Assembly: GCA_963677485.1 (NCBI GenBank)
Contig: OY781964.1
Span: forward strand, 4,960,001 to 5,024,000
From: Armatimonadota bacterium
Lineage (GTDB): Bacteria; Armatimonadota; HRBIN16
DNA: 64,000 bases
Direction of reading: 5' to 3'
Shown here: piece by piece, positions 19,191 through 29,009 of the stretch
Numbering within the stretch: the first letter of the stretch is position 1
Layout of the letters: the number at the start of each line of letters is the position of its first letter
Notes under the pieces: model-generated
The model's database searches: none
Seen by the model: the letters and a program-made list of their open reading frames with translations, nothing else
Told to the model about the DNA's origin: nothing
Program-made: the position numbers and the translations under genes

Positions 19191-21764
19191 CTAATTCCTA
19201 TAATTCTGATAGTCAGCCATGTCCATACTGTCGTTTACCTGCACAAAGATGCCTGCACTGTCGAAATGACCCACTGACTGCACATCCTGTGCACCTTGCG
19301 AACCTTGTGCTCCCTCCGTCGCCAATTTACCGCCTTGTAACGGCACCGTGATGCTGTGCTCACGGGATGCACAACTGGATTCATCTGGGCTTGTTACCAG
19401 AGTTGAACCAAGACTACTACCAAGCGAGAGAGTAATGCCACGCCAGAACCTTGTATACATAGTTCTGTAACTCTCAATATTTCCTCGTTCTGACAGACGT
19501 AACCCGAACCAGCGCTGGGAAAGCGGCTTCTCACCATTTGTATCAGCCCACTGACAGTAAGCCGAGTAGAGTTCCTTAGCTGTAGTCTGCGCACTTTTAT
19601 CAAATACACAACACTCCCCAAGAAACCCACCCAGCACGTCCATATCCTGCTGCAACTTTCCTGTAGCGGCGCGTACTGCTTTTGGTGTTGACAAACCATC
19701 CTTCTGCCAGTCGAGGCACCCCCGAACGAGCCAAGCCAATACCCCTTCGTATTCACCTCTCAGTTTGTCAGAGAGCGACTTGTCCTTATACGGGCCTGTA
19801 GGATGCTCAGGATCTTGAAACTGCACATTGAATGGGATCAACCTTATCCGCCGCCAGATGCCATAATCCTGCCCCTGAACAACCGGCACATGGTTACATG
19901 CCAGCCACAGTTTGAAGACCGGAACGAACGTGAAGAACTCCTGGTAGAGAAACCGAGCTGTTACCGCGTCTTGACCGGTCAGTTCCTTAACAAGCGATTC
20001 TGCCAGCCGCTTACCCGCACTGGTCTCGATCGCACAGACAAGACGGGCACCGCGCAGAGCCGCCAGATCGTTAGTGTTGCTTGAGTTGTTCTTCTCCACA
20101 AGCGTGTCGGTGGAAGTCTTTGTCTCATAGTCGCCCCATATATCACGTAGTGCGGTAATGAACGTCGACTTGCCATTAGAGCCGCACCCATGCAAGATGA
20201 AGAACAACTGCTCGCGTGTATCCCCAGTCAGCGTATAGCCACAGGCCTGCTGCACAAAGCGAATGAGATCTTCGTCATTTTCGAATATCTCCGCGATGAA
20301 CTTCTCCCATGTAGGACACTTCGCCTCTGGGTCATACGCAATAGGGCTCACCTTAGAAATAAGCTCAGCCCGGTCATGCGCATGCATGACACCGGAACGC
20401 AGATCCACTGTCCCGTTAGCGCAGTTCAATGCCCATTTGTCTGAATCGAGCTGTTTAGCGAGAATGCTAATGTTTAGCTCAGATTCAGCCTGTGAGACCT
20501 TTGCCAGTATTCGCCTGTGGTTGCCAGAAGACAGAGCGTGGCGCTCAAAACTCTTTGCTAACTCTTCGCCCTCTGTGTCATTCTCCGCCTCAGCGATTTG
20601 ACGCATGGACACAGCCTGCTTAAGCATATCCTCCACAACGGACTTGGCCTTACGAACGACATCGCTGCTTTCATCCTTGTCCCAGCGTCTTCCATCCCAG
20701 CAGTACCATCTACCCGCATCATGACAGTAGCGAAGTGTTTCGCCGTGTTTACTAACCAGGCGCCTGGCGTTACCCATATCGTTCAACGGCTCGCCGTCTG
20801 GGCCATGAAGACTGATGCCGCCACCTGACGATTCGCAGCTGCGCCTGCCCGCACGCGCACCATAGGTCTCTTTAGTCATCCCAATAGCCGCGTCTATCGT
20901 AATCTGCGCGTAGGTCTGCGTACCTCTTAACTCGTCCCATTTTTCGCGCATTAGCCCCGACATTCGAAAGAGCTTGTCCATCCGCCCGGGATCTTTATCC
21001 GTATAGAACGCAAGCATACAGGCCAGCGCCATATCTGCAGAACTTGCATCGCCGTTGTAATCGCCGACATTCCCGTTCCAGAGCTTGCTGAATTTGATTC
21101 CGTTGGACGCCGACATGGCCTTTTGTATCAGTTGTGAATCAGAAAGATTCCCGCCTGAGGGTTTCTTCCTTTTTCCTTTTGAACCCGCGTGGCTGTCACC
21201 CTTCTCTTCGCTGATGATGTCCCCGAACATCTCCTTATAGATCTCATCGGTCACCTGCTGAGCACCGGTGACTTGTGTCAGATCGTCGTGCCACACCCGG
21301 CCGGTAAACACAACGAGCCGCGTTTCATCGTATATCTCGAACTTCGGTTTGCTGCTTACACGGCATCTGCTACCCGGCTTTTTCGCTCGCGCAATGATAT
21401 GTATCCCTGATCCTGAGCGGCTATATTCCGTATAGGAACCTACCCGCTCAATCATCTCCTGCGCCCATGGTTCTATTTCGCCGTCTTTGATCACGTGATC
21501 GAGATCGATGAAGACGTAAGGATCATCCTTACTTATCACAAACCCAATGCCGTCGAACCTATTCTTTGGCCTGCTTAACGCGTCCACAACCTCATCGAAG
21601 GTGTGCCAGGTTGAAGGGTCATTGGGCCTGGCATGCCCGCGGCCCACCATATCTGTGCGGTAAGGAACCTTTGTCGGATTACCATCCCGTTCTTCAATCC
21701 GGTAGCATACCCACTGCCTTAGCTCTTTTAACTCCTGGGGAATACAATTCATGTTGCTATCCAT
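19191..21764 (-). CDS. Primase-polymerase (AEP) fused to D5/P4-like SF3 helicase
   Basis: QWV, KVP, FIDLDH, E.S.SG.GIH (prim-pol); primase C-terminal S.AD...LAF; G.GSNGKS Walker A; KELTG.D...ARFLY; WRRI..IPF. Confidence 0.92.
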   Translation of the reverse strand: MDSNMNCIPQELKELRQWVCYRIEERDGNPTKVPYRTDMVGRGHARPNDPSTWHTFDEVVDALSRPKNRFDGIGFVISKDDPYVFIDLDHVIKDGEIEPWAQEMIERVGSYTEYSRSGSGIHIIARAKKPGSRCRVSSKPKFEIYDETRLVVFTGRVWHDDLTQVTGAQQVTDEIYKEMFGDIISEEKGDSHAGSKGKRKKPSGGNLSDSQLIQKAMSASNGIKFSKLWNGNVGDYNGDASSADMALACMLAFYTDKDPGRMDKLFRMSGLMREKWDELRGTQTYAQITIDAAIGMTKETYGARAGRRSCESSGGGISLHGPDGEPLNDMGNARRLVSKHGETLRYCHDAGRWYCWDGRRWDKDESSDVVRKAKSVVEDMLKQAVSMRQIAEAENDTEGEELAKSFERHALSSGNHRRILAKVSQAESELNISILAKQLDSDKWALNCANGTVDLRSGVMHAHDRAELISKVSPIAYDPEAKCPTWEKFIAEIFENDEDLIRFVQQACGYTLTGDTREQLFFILHGCGSNGKSTFITALRDIWGDYETKTSTDTLVEKNNSSNTNDLAALRGARLVCAIETSAGKRLAESLVKELTGQDAVTARFLYQEFFTFVPVFKLWLACNHVPVVQGQDYGIWRRIRLIPFNVQFQDPEHPTGPYKDKSLSDKLRGEYEGVLAWLVRGCLDWQKDGLSTPKAVRAATGKLQQDMDVLGGFLGECCVFDKSAQTTAKELYSAYCQWADTNGEKPLSQRWFGLRLSERGNIESYRTMYTRFWRGITLSLGSSLGSTLVTSPDESSCASREHSITVPLQGGKLATEGAQGSQGAQDVQSVGHFDSAGIFVQVNDSMDMADYQNYRN

Positions 21765-21768
21765 GCTG

Positions 21769-23940
21769 CTATTCCTTATCCAGCATATGAGGCATTAGTG
21801 TCCGGCGCTCATCTACGTGTCTTACATGGGCGCAGTTGGCGATCCCTCCTGTGTCACCGATAATAATCGCCGTCTTTGACGCTCGTGTCACACCGGTGTA
21901 GAGAAGATTACGGTGATGCATGAACGAATGCGCACTGTGTATGACCACCATGGAGCACGGATACTCGCTGCCCTGGGCTCTGTGAATCGTCAGGGCATAT
22001 GCCAGCTGGATATCATTACGTTCAGGTGACCCCGCTTCAATCTCGACCAGACCCGATTCAAACTCAATGGAGAGAGAGCCATCACTCCCTGCAGACTTCA
22101 CTATCCCGATCGATCCGTTCATGATATCGAGATTGTAGTTATTCCTGGTCTGTATCACCTTGTCGCTCTTGTATAGCTTCGGTCGCCTTTCTGGCGGGGT
22201 GGGCGTGATTTCGTTACCCCAGAGCTTACTCTGTATGAGCTTTTGCAGCAGCGAGTTGAGCTCAACCGTCCCGAGCGGCCCTTTGTGTGTGGGAGTGAGC
22301 AGCTGCACATCACGCAGAATGTCAAAGCCCAGCCGCTGGTTTAGCACATGCGTAAAGATATCTCTGATATTGTTCTGAACATCCATTACGTTTGAATACT
22401 GATCTACCACGTACCATGCACCAAACTCTGGGTGCTCCCTTGGTGGTGTCTTAGGCACTATACCGGTAAGGACGGCGATGCTGTTCTCTTTGAGGATTCC
22501 AGCCTGCCTGACCACCTGGTCAAGGATCGTCGTAGGCAGCACTTTTGTGCTAATGAGATCCCGCAATATATTCCCCGGTCCAACTGGTGGGAGCTGCGAA
22601 TGATCTCCGACAAGAACTACAGCGGTTCGAGAAAGACAAATTGCCTGGAATAGGCGCGATGCCAGCAGCACATCGACCATGGAGCACTCGTCGACGACAA
22701 GCACATCAGTAACGAGCGGGGTTTCGGCACTATGCTCAAAGCCCTGGCCAGAGTAACCCAGGAGGCGGTGAATGGTCTGGGCAGGTCTACCGGTCGATTC
22801 CTCCATCCGCCTTGCCGCCTTGCCGGTAGGTGCGCAGAGTGCAAAGCTCAAATGATTGGCCTCACAGATATCTGTGATAGCGCGGATGGTGAAGGTCTTG
22901 CCGACACCGGCACCACCGCATATGAGCGATATGGAATGACCAAAGGCCGCATCGACCGCTTGCCGCTGCTTGTTGTTGAGCATGGCGCATTGTTTACTGA
23001 AGTCTTTGATCTTGTGAGGACTAGCACCTCTTCCACCACTAAAGATCTCCACCAGGTCCGCTTCCATCTGCAGGATAGCTGGCTTAACCACCACCAGCAG
23101 GCTGTCTGTTGAGTAGCAGGCAAGATTGTTGTGGTCTATAAGGTAGTCCAGATGCGACTCAATTAGTTCCTTACTTTGAAGACAGTCCATCACAAGCAGA
23201 GAATTCGCTTTCGTGAGCAGATCCTCTAATTCTATCCAGCAATCTCCTCTCTCAAGAGCTTCGTCAACGCAGTACATAATGCATGCACGTATGCGGTTCG
23301 GATCATTCTTGGCAGTTCCCACTTGTCTGGCTATCTTGTCGATCCTCTTAAAGCCAAACCCTTCTATCTCACCGATGAGCACGTAAGGGTTGTGCTCCAT
23401 GATGCCAACAGCGTTGTCACCCAGCTTACTTACAAGCCTGGTGACCTGGTTATGCGTGAGCCCATATGCCGAGAGTGCAGTCATAGCGGCATTGATGTGC
23501 GACGACTGAGTCCACCTGTCGCGCATCCCCACGACCACGCTGAGAGGCACATGGGCCGTCTCGGCAATGAGCTCAGGGGTATCGATGAGCACGCGTTCAA
23601 AGTTACTGGCGAACTTTTCTGCAACCGCCTTAGCCTTTACAGGGCCGATACCTTTAATGTCTGGGTTATTCGAAAGGTAGTTAGCCAGCCCGGTGGCATC
23701 AAGCTGCTTATCATGTTCCATACTGGCCACTTCAAACTGCTGACCATATTTCGGATGGTTCACGAACTTACCGTGCAACACGATCGGTTCATGTTCCCTT
23801 GGGACAGTGATTCCAGCAAACGACACACTTTCACCGCTCTTTGTTATGAACCTCCCCGCGCAGAAGCTTGCGGAAGAGAAGAAGATGTGCTCGACATGTC
23901 CCCGGAGACTGGTATGTGAAACGGAAGCTGTGCTTTGCAA
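21769..23940 (-). CDS. recD2: RecD2-like SF1 helicase
   Basis: HPKYGQQF, GIGP HhH, GGAGVGKT, APTGKAA, VVDECSM, GD..QLPPVG, AYA.TIH..QGSE and YT..TRA. TTG start near 23940 after GGAG is likelier than the track start. Confidence 0.9.
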   Translation of the reverse strand: MQSTASVSHTSLRGHVEHIFFSSASFCAGRFITKSGESVSFAGITVPREHEPIVLHGKFVNHPKYGQQFEVASMEHDKQLDATGLANYLSNNPDIKGIGPVKAKAVAEKFASNFERVLIDTPELIAETAHVPLSVVVGMRDRWTQSSHINAAMTALSAYGLTHNQVTRLVSKLGDNAVGIMEHNPYVLIGEIEGFGFKRIDKIARQVGTAKNDPNRIRACIMYCVDEALERGDCWIELEDLLTKANSLLVMDCLQSKELIESHLDYLIDHNNLACYSTDSLLVVVKPAILQMEADLVEIFSGGRGASPHKIKDFSKQCAMLNNKQRQAVDAAFGHSISLICGGAGVGKTFTIRAITDICEANHLSFALCAPTGKAARRMEESTGRPAQTIHRLLGYSGQGFEHSAETPLVTDVLVVDECSMVDVLLASRLFQAICLSRTAVVLVGDHSQLPPVGPGNILRDLISTKVLPTTILDQVVRQAGILKENSIAVLTGIVPKTPPREHPEFGAWYVVDQYSNVMDVQNNIRDIFTHVLNQRLGFDILRDVQLLTPTHKGPLGTVELNSLLQKLIQSKLWGNEITPTPPERRPKLYKSDKVIQTRNNYNLDIMNGSIGIVKSAGSDGSLSIEFESGLVEIEAGSPERNDIQLAYALTIHRAQGSEYPCSMVVIHSAHSFMHHRNLLYTGVTRASKTAIIIGDTGGIANCAHVRHVDERRTLMPHMLDKE

Positions 23941-24359
23941 GAATCTATCTCCATTTGTTGGCTGCGTAATAGGAACTCCGTGACAAACCGGCAAGCGATC
24001 TGCCTGCTAGTGCAGAAGTATACCGGGACACCGTAATCTACAATGATGGACATGGTCGCACCAAAAACTGAGTTTGGGTGAGCTCTGGAGCGATACGTGC
24101 TCGTGAGCAGATCCCCGAGACTCGCTTCGACGACTACGCAGGCGCGGGGGTATGTCTGAAGTATCTTCAGTTCGCGGCTGAACCTCTCGCGTTCATGTAT
24201 AACTGTGTGGACAAAGTCGTTTAATGTCTTTCTCTCCACAGCTACTTGGTCTTCCATTGTTTCAATGGAGTAGTCACCTGCCGCAAGCTTCTTCCGCACG
24301 GTGGGCTCTATAAATGTATAGGCCTCTTGTTCACGGGTGTCGACTACTATCTGCAACAT
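23844..24359 (-). CDS. ERCC4/XPF-domain nuclease
   Basis: VDTREQ, GDY and VERKT..DF motifs. Confidence 0.9.
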   Translation of the reverse strand: MLQIVVDTREQEAYTFIEPTVRKKLAAGDYSIETMEDQVAVERKTLNDFVHTVIHERERFSRELKILQTYPRACVVVEASLGDLLTSTYRSRAHPNSVFGATMSIIVDYGVPVYFCTSRQIACRFVTEFLLRSQQMEIDSCKAQLPFHIPVSGDMSSTSSSLPQASARGGS

Positions 24360-24453
24360 GAAGTCATCTCATTTATCTCCGTAACCTGCGTAATATATAA
24401 CGTGCCAGAACCGGCTAAGCAGACAGCCCCGGCACGACGTGTAACCTAGTTTT

Positions 24454-24930
24454 TTAGAAGCGGCTCAAACTGGCAGGAGCTTCCACTGCGAAGGGATCCG
24501 CAGTGACGATGCGGCGATTGATATAGATCTGGTCATTTCCTCCCTTGATGCGTTTGTTTATCTCAAGCGTCATGTCGAGTAGCTCGTGAAGCCGACCAGG
24601 AAGATCAGTAAGGTTGACCAGGTCAAGTCCGCATGTGTGCAGGTCGGTCTTGAGGTATTTCATGTTGTCGTGGCTGATCACGGTGTTTTTCCACAGTAGT
24701 CGGCCTACACAGCTGGGAGCAAGCACTTTGAACGTCCACTTGAGCATGGGTTCGTGCTTTGCTTTCGTTCTGACAAGCTCCACCATCTCCACCTTTACTT
24801 GGTATTTACCTTCAGGCAGATCGTCAAAGCCCTGCTCCTGAGCAGCGGCCACTGCATATGTGCTCTGATAGTTCACGAGATCGAAGACGTCGTTACCGGT
24901 ATCCGAACTGGGGGCATAGTCCTGGCTCAT
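24454..24930 (-). CDS. DUF669-like single-stranded DNA-binding protein
   Basis: LPEGKY.V.V..VE....K...PML.W.F pattern; lies next to a Sak4-like gene. Confidence 0.75.
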   Translation of the reverse strand: MSQDYAPSSDTGNDVFDLVNYQSTYAVAAAQEQGFDDLPEGKYQVKVEMVELVRTKAKHEPMLKWTFKVLAPSCVGRLLWKNTVISHDNMKYLKTDLHTCGLDLVNLTDLPGRLHELLDMTLEINKRIKGGNDQIYINRRIVTADPFAVEAPASLSRF

Positions 24931-24949
24931 TTGGTATCTCCTTTGTCAG

Positions 24950-25723
24950 TTACTTACTGGTTTTGGGGCTGCTGATTGCAGCTGCTTGATTGGTGCTAAT
25001 ACTGGGGCCGCTAATTGCGGCCACCTGATTTGCGCTAAATGCCTCAATGAACTTAGCGAAATCCAGATCGATGACCTCGGGAATGCGTCCGGTTCTGTCA
25101 CCGGCCTCGTAGTTAGCACTAGGCTTTGTGCGCATCACGCGGTGAACAGTGCTCCGGCCAAGGGTATCGGTTGCGACCTCTATATCGCAGAACAGGATCA
25201 TATCGACCATGCCCAGCACGATCTTACGTGCCTTGTCGGGGAGCGTCGGCACGATGCGCGTATGCTTACCGGTGCGTGTGTCAATCTCCTTCTCCGTGGA
25301 GTGAGATACTAGAAATAGCCCATAGGGCAGGAACGCAAGCTTATTGATCACACGCTGGAACTCGTTGTTAATGAGTGCGTACCCTTTGCCGTAGCCCAGA
25401 TCCGATTCGTGTTCCACCTTGAACTTGCGGCAGACGTGATCTGAGCACATTCGATAGGCGTTATCCACGGTATCGATGATGATCGTCTTATATGGGTGAT
25501 TACCCTCAGCGATCTCACCGCATACCGTCAGCAGATCATCCCAGTTGTTTATGGGCACCTGGAACACCTCAAGCGAGTTAAGACCCGGCTCGGTCGATAG
25601 GAACAGCGCATTATCGGCATGGGAGCACCACTGACTCTTTCCAATCTTCGTGGCTCCGTATACAAGCACAGTCAGGTCAGCAAGGCTGGGTCTGGGCGGC
25701 GTCTTGGTAGTTGGTAGCAACAT
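24950..25723 (-). CDS. Sak4-like AAA_24 ATPase (single-strand annealing)
   Basis: LVYG..KIGKS, TIIIDTVD, GYGKGY, SH and EAGDR motifs. Confidence 0.85.
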   Translation of the reverse strand: MLLPTTKTPPRPSLADLTVLVYGATKIGKSQWCSHADNALFLSTEPGLNSLEVFQVPINNWDDLLTVCGEIAEGNHPYKTIIIDTVDNAYRMCSDHVCRKFKVEHESDLGYGKGYALINNEFQRVINKLAFLPYGLFLVSHSTEKEIDTRTGKHTRIVPTLPDKARKIVLGMVDMILFCDIEVATDTLGRSTVHRVMRTKPSANYEAGDRTGRIPEVIDLDFAKFIEAFSANQVAAISGPSISTNQAAAISSPKTSK

Positions 25724-25742
25724 GCATTAGTCTCCTTGCAGT

Positions 25743-26792
25743 TTAGAATGCTGCCATGGCAGCGGACACGGACTCACTGGTTACCGGGTCGCCTAAAAGC
25801 TCCTCATGTGCGGGGGCCTTCTCGTAGAAGCAGTCAATCACGTTCTGACTGTCCCCTGATTTACACAGTGCAAAATAGGCGCATGGCCTGTGGTAGTTAA
25901 AGCAAAACGCGGTGTTACGATAGTAGACACCCCGTCGCCGGCAGTCCAGAAACTGCTGTGTCAGCTCCCAGAGATCTGCTTCCAGTGCGTCATACTGGTC
26001 TCTTGAGATGTAGAGCATTTCACGGTGAAACATGCCGGGTTCATCGAACTTCGCAAGCAGCCGGTTCTGGAAATCATCATCTGGCTCCGGTTCCTTACGG
26101 GTGGCTGTGGTCTTACCGGTCTTTGACTTAGCCAGAAGATCCGCCTTTCGAGATTCGAACTCCCGTTCGTTCTCACCCTTTCCCTGCTGCAGCCTGGCTT
26201 TCACGAGCACGTTGTAGATGATTCCGGTAATCTTAATCCCCTGCGTCTGCTTTATATAGTGGGCATACAAGGTGATCTGGAAGTCGGACCACAGCTTCTC
26301 CAGGTAGTCACCGTCTATCTGCGACGCGGTCTTGTGCTCAAGCAGGTAATATCCGTCTTTCATACGGACCACGCCGTCTACTTTCCCGGCCAGTTCAAAC
26401 GTGCGTGAGGCAAAGCGAGTGACAGGGTTCTTGATCTTACCCGCGAACGTCTTTTCAAGAAACACCACTTCGAACTCCTCGGTTTCATAACGCTTCGCAT
26501 AGCTCTTCATCATCGCGGTGGCCAGATGCCAGTCCGCCATCTGCGATTCGTCCTGCGCTCTACAGGCAAGTGACCGGTCGATGTGCTCAAGCACCTGGGT
26601 AATATCTCTGCACGTGTGCCACTTCTCCAGGCACTCGTGAATGAGCGAGCCGAACATCAGGTTATGGTCCCGCTGGATAGGCACCAGCTCCTTCACGTAA
26701 CGCCAGTCGCAGGCTTTCCGGCAGTTGCGGAACATATTCCACATCGTGTATGTGGTGACCTCGTAGCTCTTTGGATCTCTGCTGTCTGTCAC
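25743..26792 (-). CDS. PD-(D/E)XK exonuclease (Cas4/AddB-like, probable Fe-S cysteines)
   Basis: NCRK, FGSLIH, GKVDGV, EHKTA, QITLY and C-terminal C....C.Y..LC. GTG start at 26792 overlaps the upstream stop. Confidence 0.85.
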   Translation of the reverse strand: MTDSRDPKSYEVTTYTMWNMFRNCRKACDWRYVKELVPIQRDHNLMFGSLIHECLEKWHTCRDITQVLEHIDRSLACRAQDESQMADWHLATAMMKSYAKRYETEEFEVVFLEKTFAGKIKNPVTRFASRTFELAGKVDGVVRMKDGYYLLEHKTASQIDGDYLEKLWSDFQITLYAHYIKQTQGIKITGIIYNVLVKARLQQGKGENEREFESRKADLLAKSKTGKTTATRKEPEPDDDFQNRLLAKFDEPGMFHREMLYISRDQYDALEADLWELTQQFLDCRRRGVYYRNTAFCFNYHRPCAYFALCKSGDSQNVIDCFYEKAPAHEELLGDPVTSESVSAAMAAF

Positions 26793-27121
26793 GCGCCCGC
26801 CCCTGCAGTGCGCATTTGGCCTTCTGGGCTGCGTTTGCCCGGCTCCGTGCGTTCGACATGGAAGCACTGTTCACCAAAACCGTCTGTAATGAACCCCGTG
26901 AAGATGCGGGCGATGTGAATACCCACCTCAGTCCCTGCATCTATCTCACATTTTCGTGTCTTGCGGTTAAGCCAAAACTTCGCGCTTAACCTAAGTTCAG
27001 ACCGTCCGTGCAGGCTCTCCACAGCCAGAGCTGCGAGCATGAGTGCATCTTCCACGTCTTGCATGGGTATCGACTTCGAGAAGCGGTATCTGAAAACCGA
27101 CTTAGTCATATGTTCCTCCAC
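26789..27121 (-). CDS. Phage hypothetical protein, first gene of the replication operon
   Basis: 110-aa ORF with GGAGG SD, coupled to the nuclease gene. Confidence 0.7.
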   Translation of the reverse strand: MEEHMTKSVFRYRFSKSIPMQDVEDALMLAALAVESLHGRSELRLSAKFWLNRKTRKCEIDAGTEVGIHIARIFTGFITDGFGEQCFHVERTEPGKRSPEGQMRTAGAGA

Positions 27122-27221
27122 AGGAATGTTTAGTTGGTATCTTACGCGACCCCCAAAGAACCCGAAAAAAGCCCGAAAATCGTCTATTTCTAGCCTTCAT
27201 ATACCGGCCCAAAAATCATAT

Positions 27222-27265
27222 CCCCCCAATTAATATTTACGCGCGATTTTTAGAAAGTGTCGGAA
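27222..27265 (-). promoter_or_regulatory. Phage promoter motif I, copy upstream of the replication operon
   Basis: Reverse complement reads TTCCGACACTTTctaaaaaTCGCGCGTAAATATtaaTTGGGGGG. Confidence 0.7.
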
Positions 27266-27378
27266 TCACGCTCAGACTGGAACTGGTCCAGGTGGTTTCG
27301 TGCAGGTGGTTTACGACTTACTTGAGCCTGAAACAACACCCGAAATCTTCGCGACATTTCTGTGCTCCAAAATCACAT

Positions 27379-27423
27379 CCCCCCAATTGATATTTACGTG
27401 CGATTTTTAGAAAGTGTCGGAAA
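27379..27423 (-). promoter_or_regulatory. Phage promoter motif I, second tandem copy
   Basis: Reverse complement reads TTCCGACACTTTctaaaaaTCGCACGTAAATATcaaTTGGGGG. Confidence 0.7.
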
Positions 27424-27818
27424 TGGGGATTTCGCACAGTCTTTCTGATCCATCTGAGCACAAACTCGACAGCATCTCCATTTGGGCATTTTCCCAACTG
27501 TTGCCCATTTGAGCTGATATTTCAGGTAAATACGACTTAGTTAATTAGTGGATGGTCATGTCGCGTAGACCTAATGCTGTTTTCTGACACTGCCATAGAG
27601 CAGTTATTCACTAACCCAATCTCTACGAACCTGTTATTTATTGTATATTATTTATAGTGTATATTTATACACCTGTTCTGCAATCTAGATAAACACCTAA
27701 TAACCCATCGATTAGTCAAAGTCACCCTAACCTTGACCCGTAAAAACTGTTAGGAAAGCAGCGGCTATATAACACAGCACCCATTAACCGCATATGAGCC
27801 TTCCAGCTAAAGGAAGGC

Positions 27819-29009
27819 GTGAAAGGACACCAACAATTGGCCAACTTTAACCTTCACCGTTTCTCAAATCCCGGCGCGCTAAAGTCCATCTCCAGCGAGC
27901 ATCTCATCGCTTTTCTATCTCCCTACGAAGACTTCCTGCGTTCTAGAGGTCTTGAGATTCCGAGTGACACCTCTGTAGTGGACAGCTTCCCATATGCCGC
28001 GCTGCTGCAAATTCTCATGACCCCTGACGCGGGTATGCCCAAAGAGCTAATTGAAGCCCTCTACTTCGTGCACGAAATGGCCACAACAGAGGGCATGGAT
28101 ACACTTCTTGCCGCTGCACAGCTCGCAGGTATTACACTTGACAACAGTCCTGATGCCACGCCGATCGATGTGGCTATACAGGTCTGGCTCTGCGCAAGAG
28201 AGATACTCGAATCAAAACATGCTGAGCAGCTACTTGTAAAGGCAAGAACATTCGAGTATTACCAGGCCACAAGAGGGACAGTTGCGGTATTCCCTACTCC
28301 AAATGCTGAGGCCATCACCCAGCTGCAGAATGACCTGGATTCATGGTTTGTCGTAAAGAAGCGTGGACCTGGCACCCGGGTGTTCTGTTTCCCGCGTGAT
28401 GATGCTATCTGGTTCATCGTGAGACATGGTGAGCCGTATAAGCGTGAAGGCAGCATGGAGGCAGGCGAATCCTCGAGCGTGTTCTACCGCCCCGAAAAGC
28501 ATGACGTGATTGTCTACCAGTCGGAAGCGGCGGAGCTGCGGATAAACGCCGGTACAAAAGGCGAGAAGGAGCTATACCGCAGACTAATTGGTTCGCACCT
28601 GTTTGGTAGTGAAGACCACTTCCCAGGGAAGGGCAAATACAGCCTTGATCCGCTAAAGTATGACGGTGAGGCTTCTACGGTCTGCTCGGACGTGGCTGGT
28701 ATCGAGTGGGTGAAACTCAAAGAGGTGCAGTTCCTATGGGGTGGTGCTTACGAGTATGTCGAAGTCTGGAAAGCCGCGGACATCTTCGCGGTGCTGCGTA
28801 GCAGGGGAAAGTCAATTCCCCAGGCTGCACGGATAATAAAGGCCAGTTTCTATGTGAAGTTCGAAGATTCTAAGACGCCTCGCACGGTGTCAGTCCGGCC
28901 ATCTAATATCGCCCAGTTCCAACGAGACGGTGATGGTGAACTCGTGGAAGCATGGCTGCGTGTGCGTGGTTTTGTAATAACGCCTGGGAATGATGATGAG
29001 ACAGAATAG
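27819..29009 (+). CDS. Hypothetical protein
   Basis: 396-aa ORF with SD, divergent from the replication operon; no family recognised. Confidence 0.8.
   Translation: MKGHQQLANFNLHRFSNPGALKSISSEHLIAFLSPYEDFLRSRGLEIPSDTSVVDSFPYAALLQILMTPDAGMPKELIEALYFVHEMATTEGMDTLLAAAQLAGITLDNSPDATPIDVAIQVWLCAREILESKHAEQLLVKARTFEYYQATRGTVAVFPTPNAEAITQLQNDLDSWFVVKKRGPGTRVFCFPRDDAIWFIVRHGEPYKREGSMEAGESSSVFYRPEKHDVIVYQSEAAELRINAGTKGEKELYRRLIGSHLFGSEDHFPGKGKYSLDPLKYDGEASTVCSDVAGIEWVKLKEVQFLWGGAYEYVEVWKAADIFAVLRSRGKSIPQAARIIKASFYVKFEDSKTPRTVSVRPSNIAQFQRDGDGELVEAWLRVRGFVITPGNDDETE

Noticed and set aside
25743-26792. Cas4-like nuclease as a sign of CRISPR-Cas
   Set aside because: It sits with Sak4 and SSB in a phage recombination operon; no cas1/cas2 or array.
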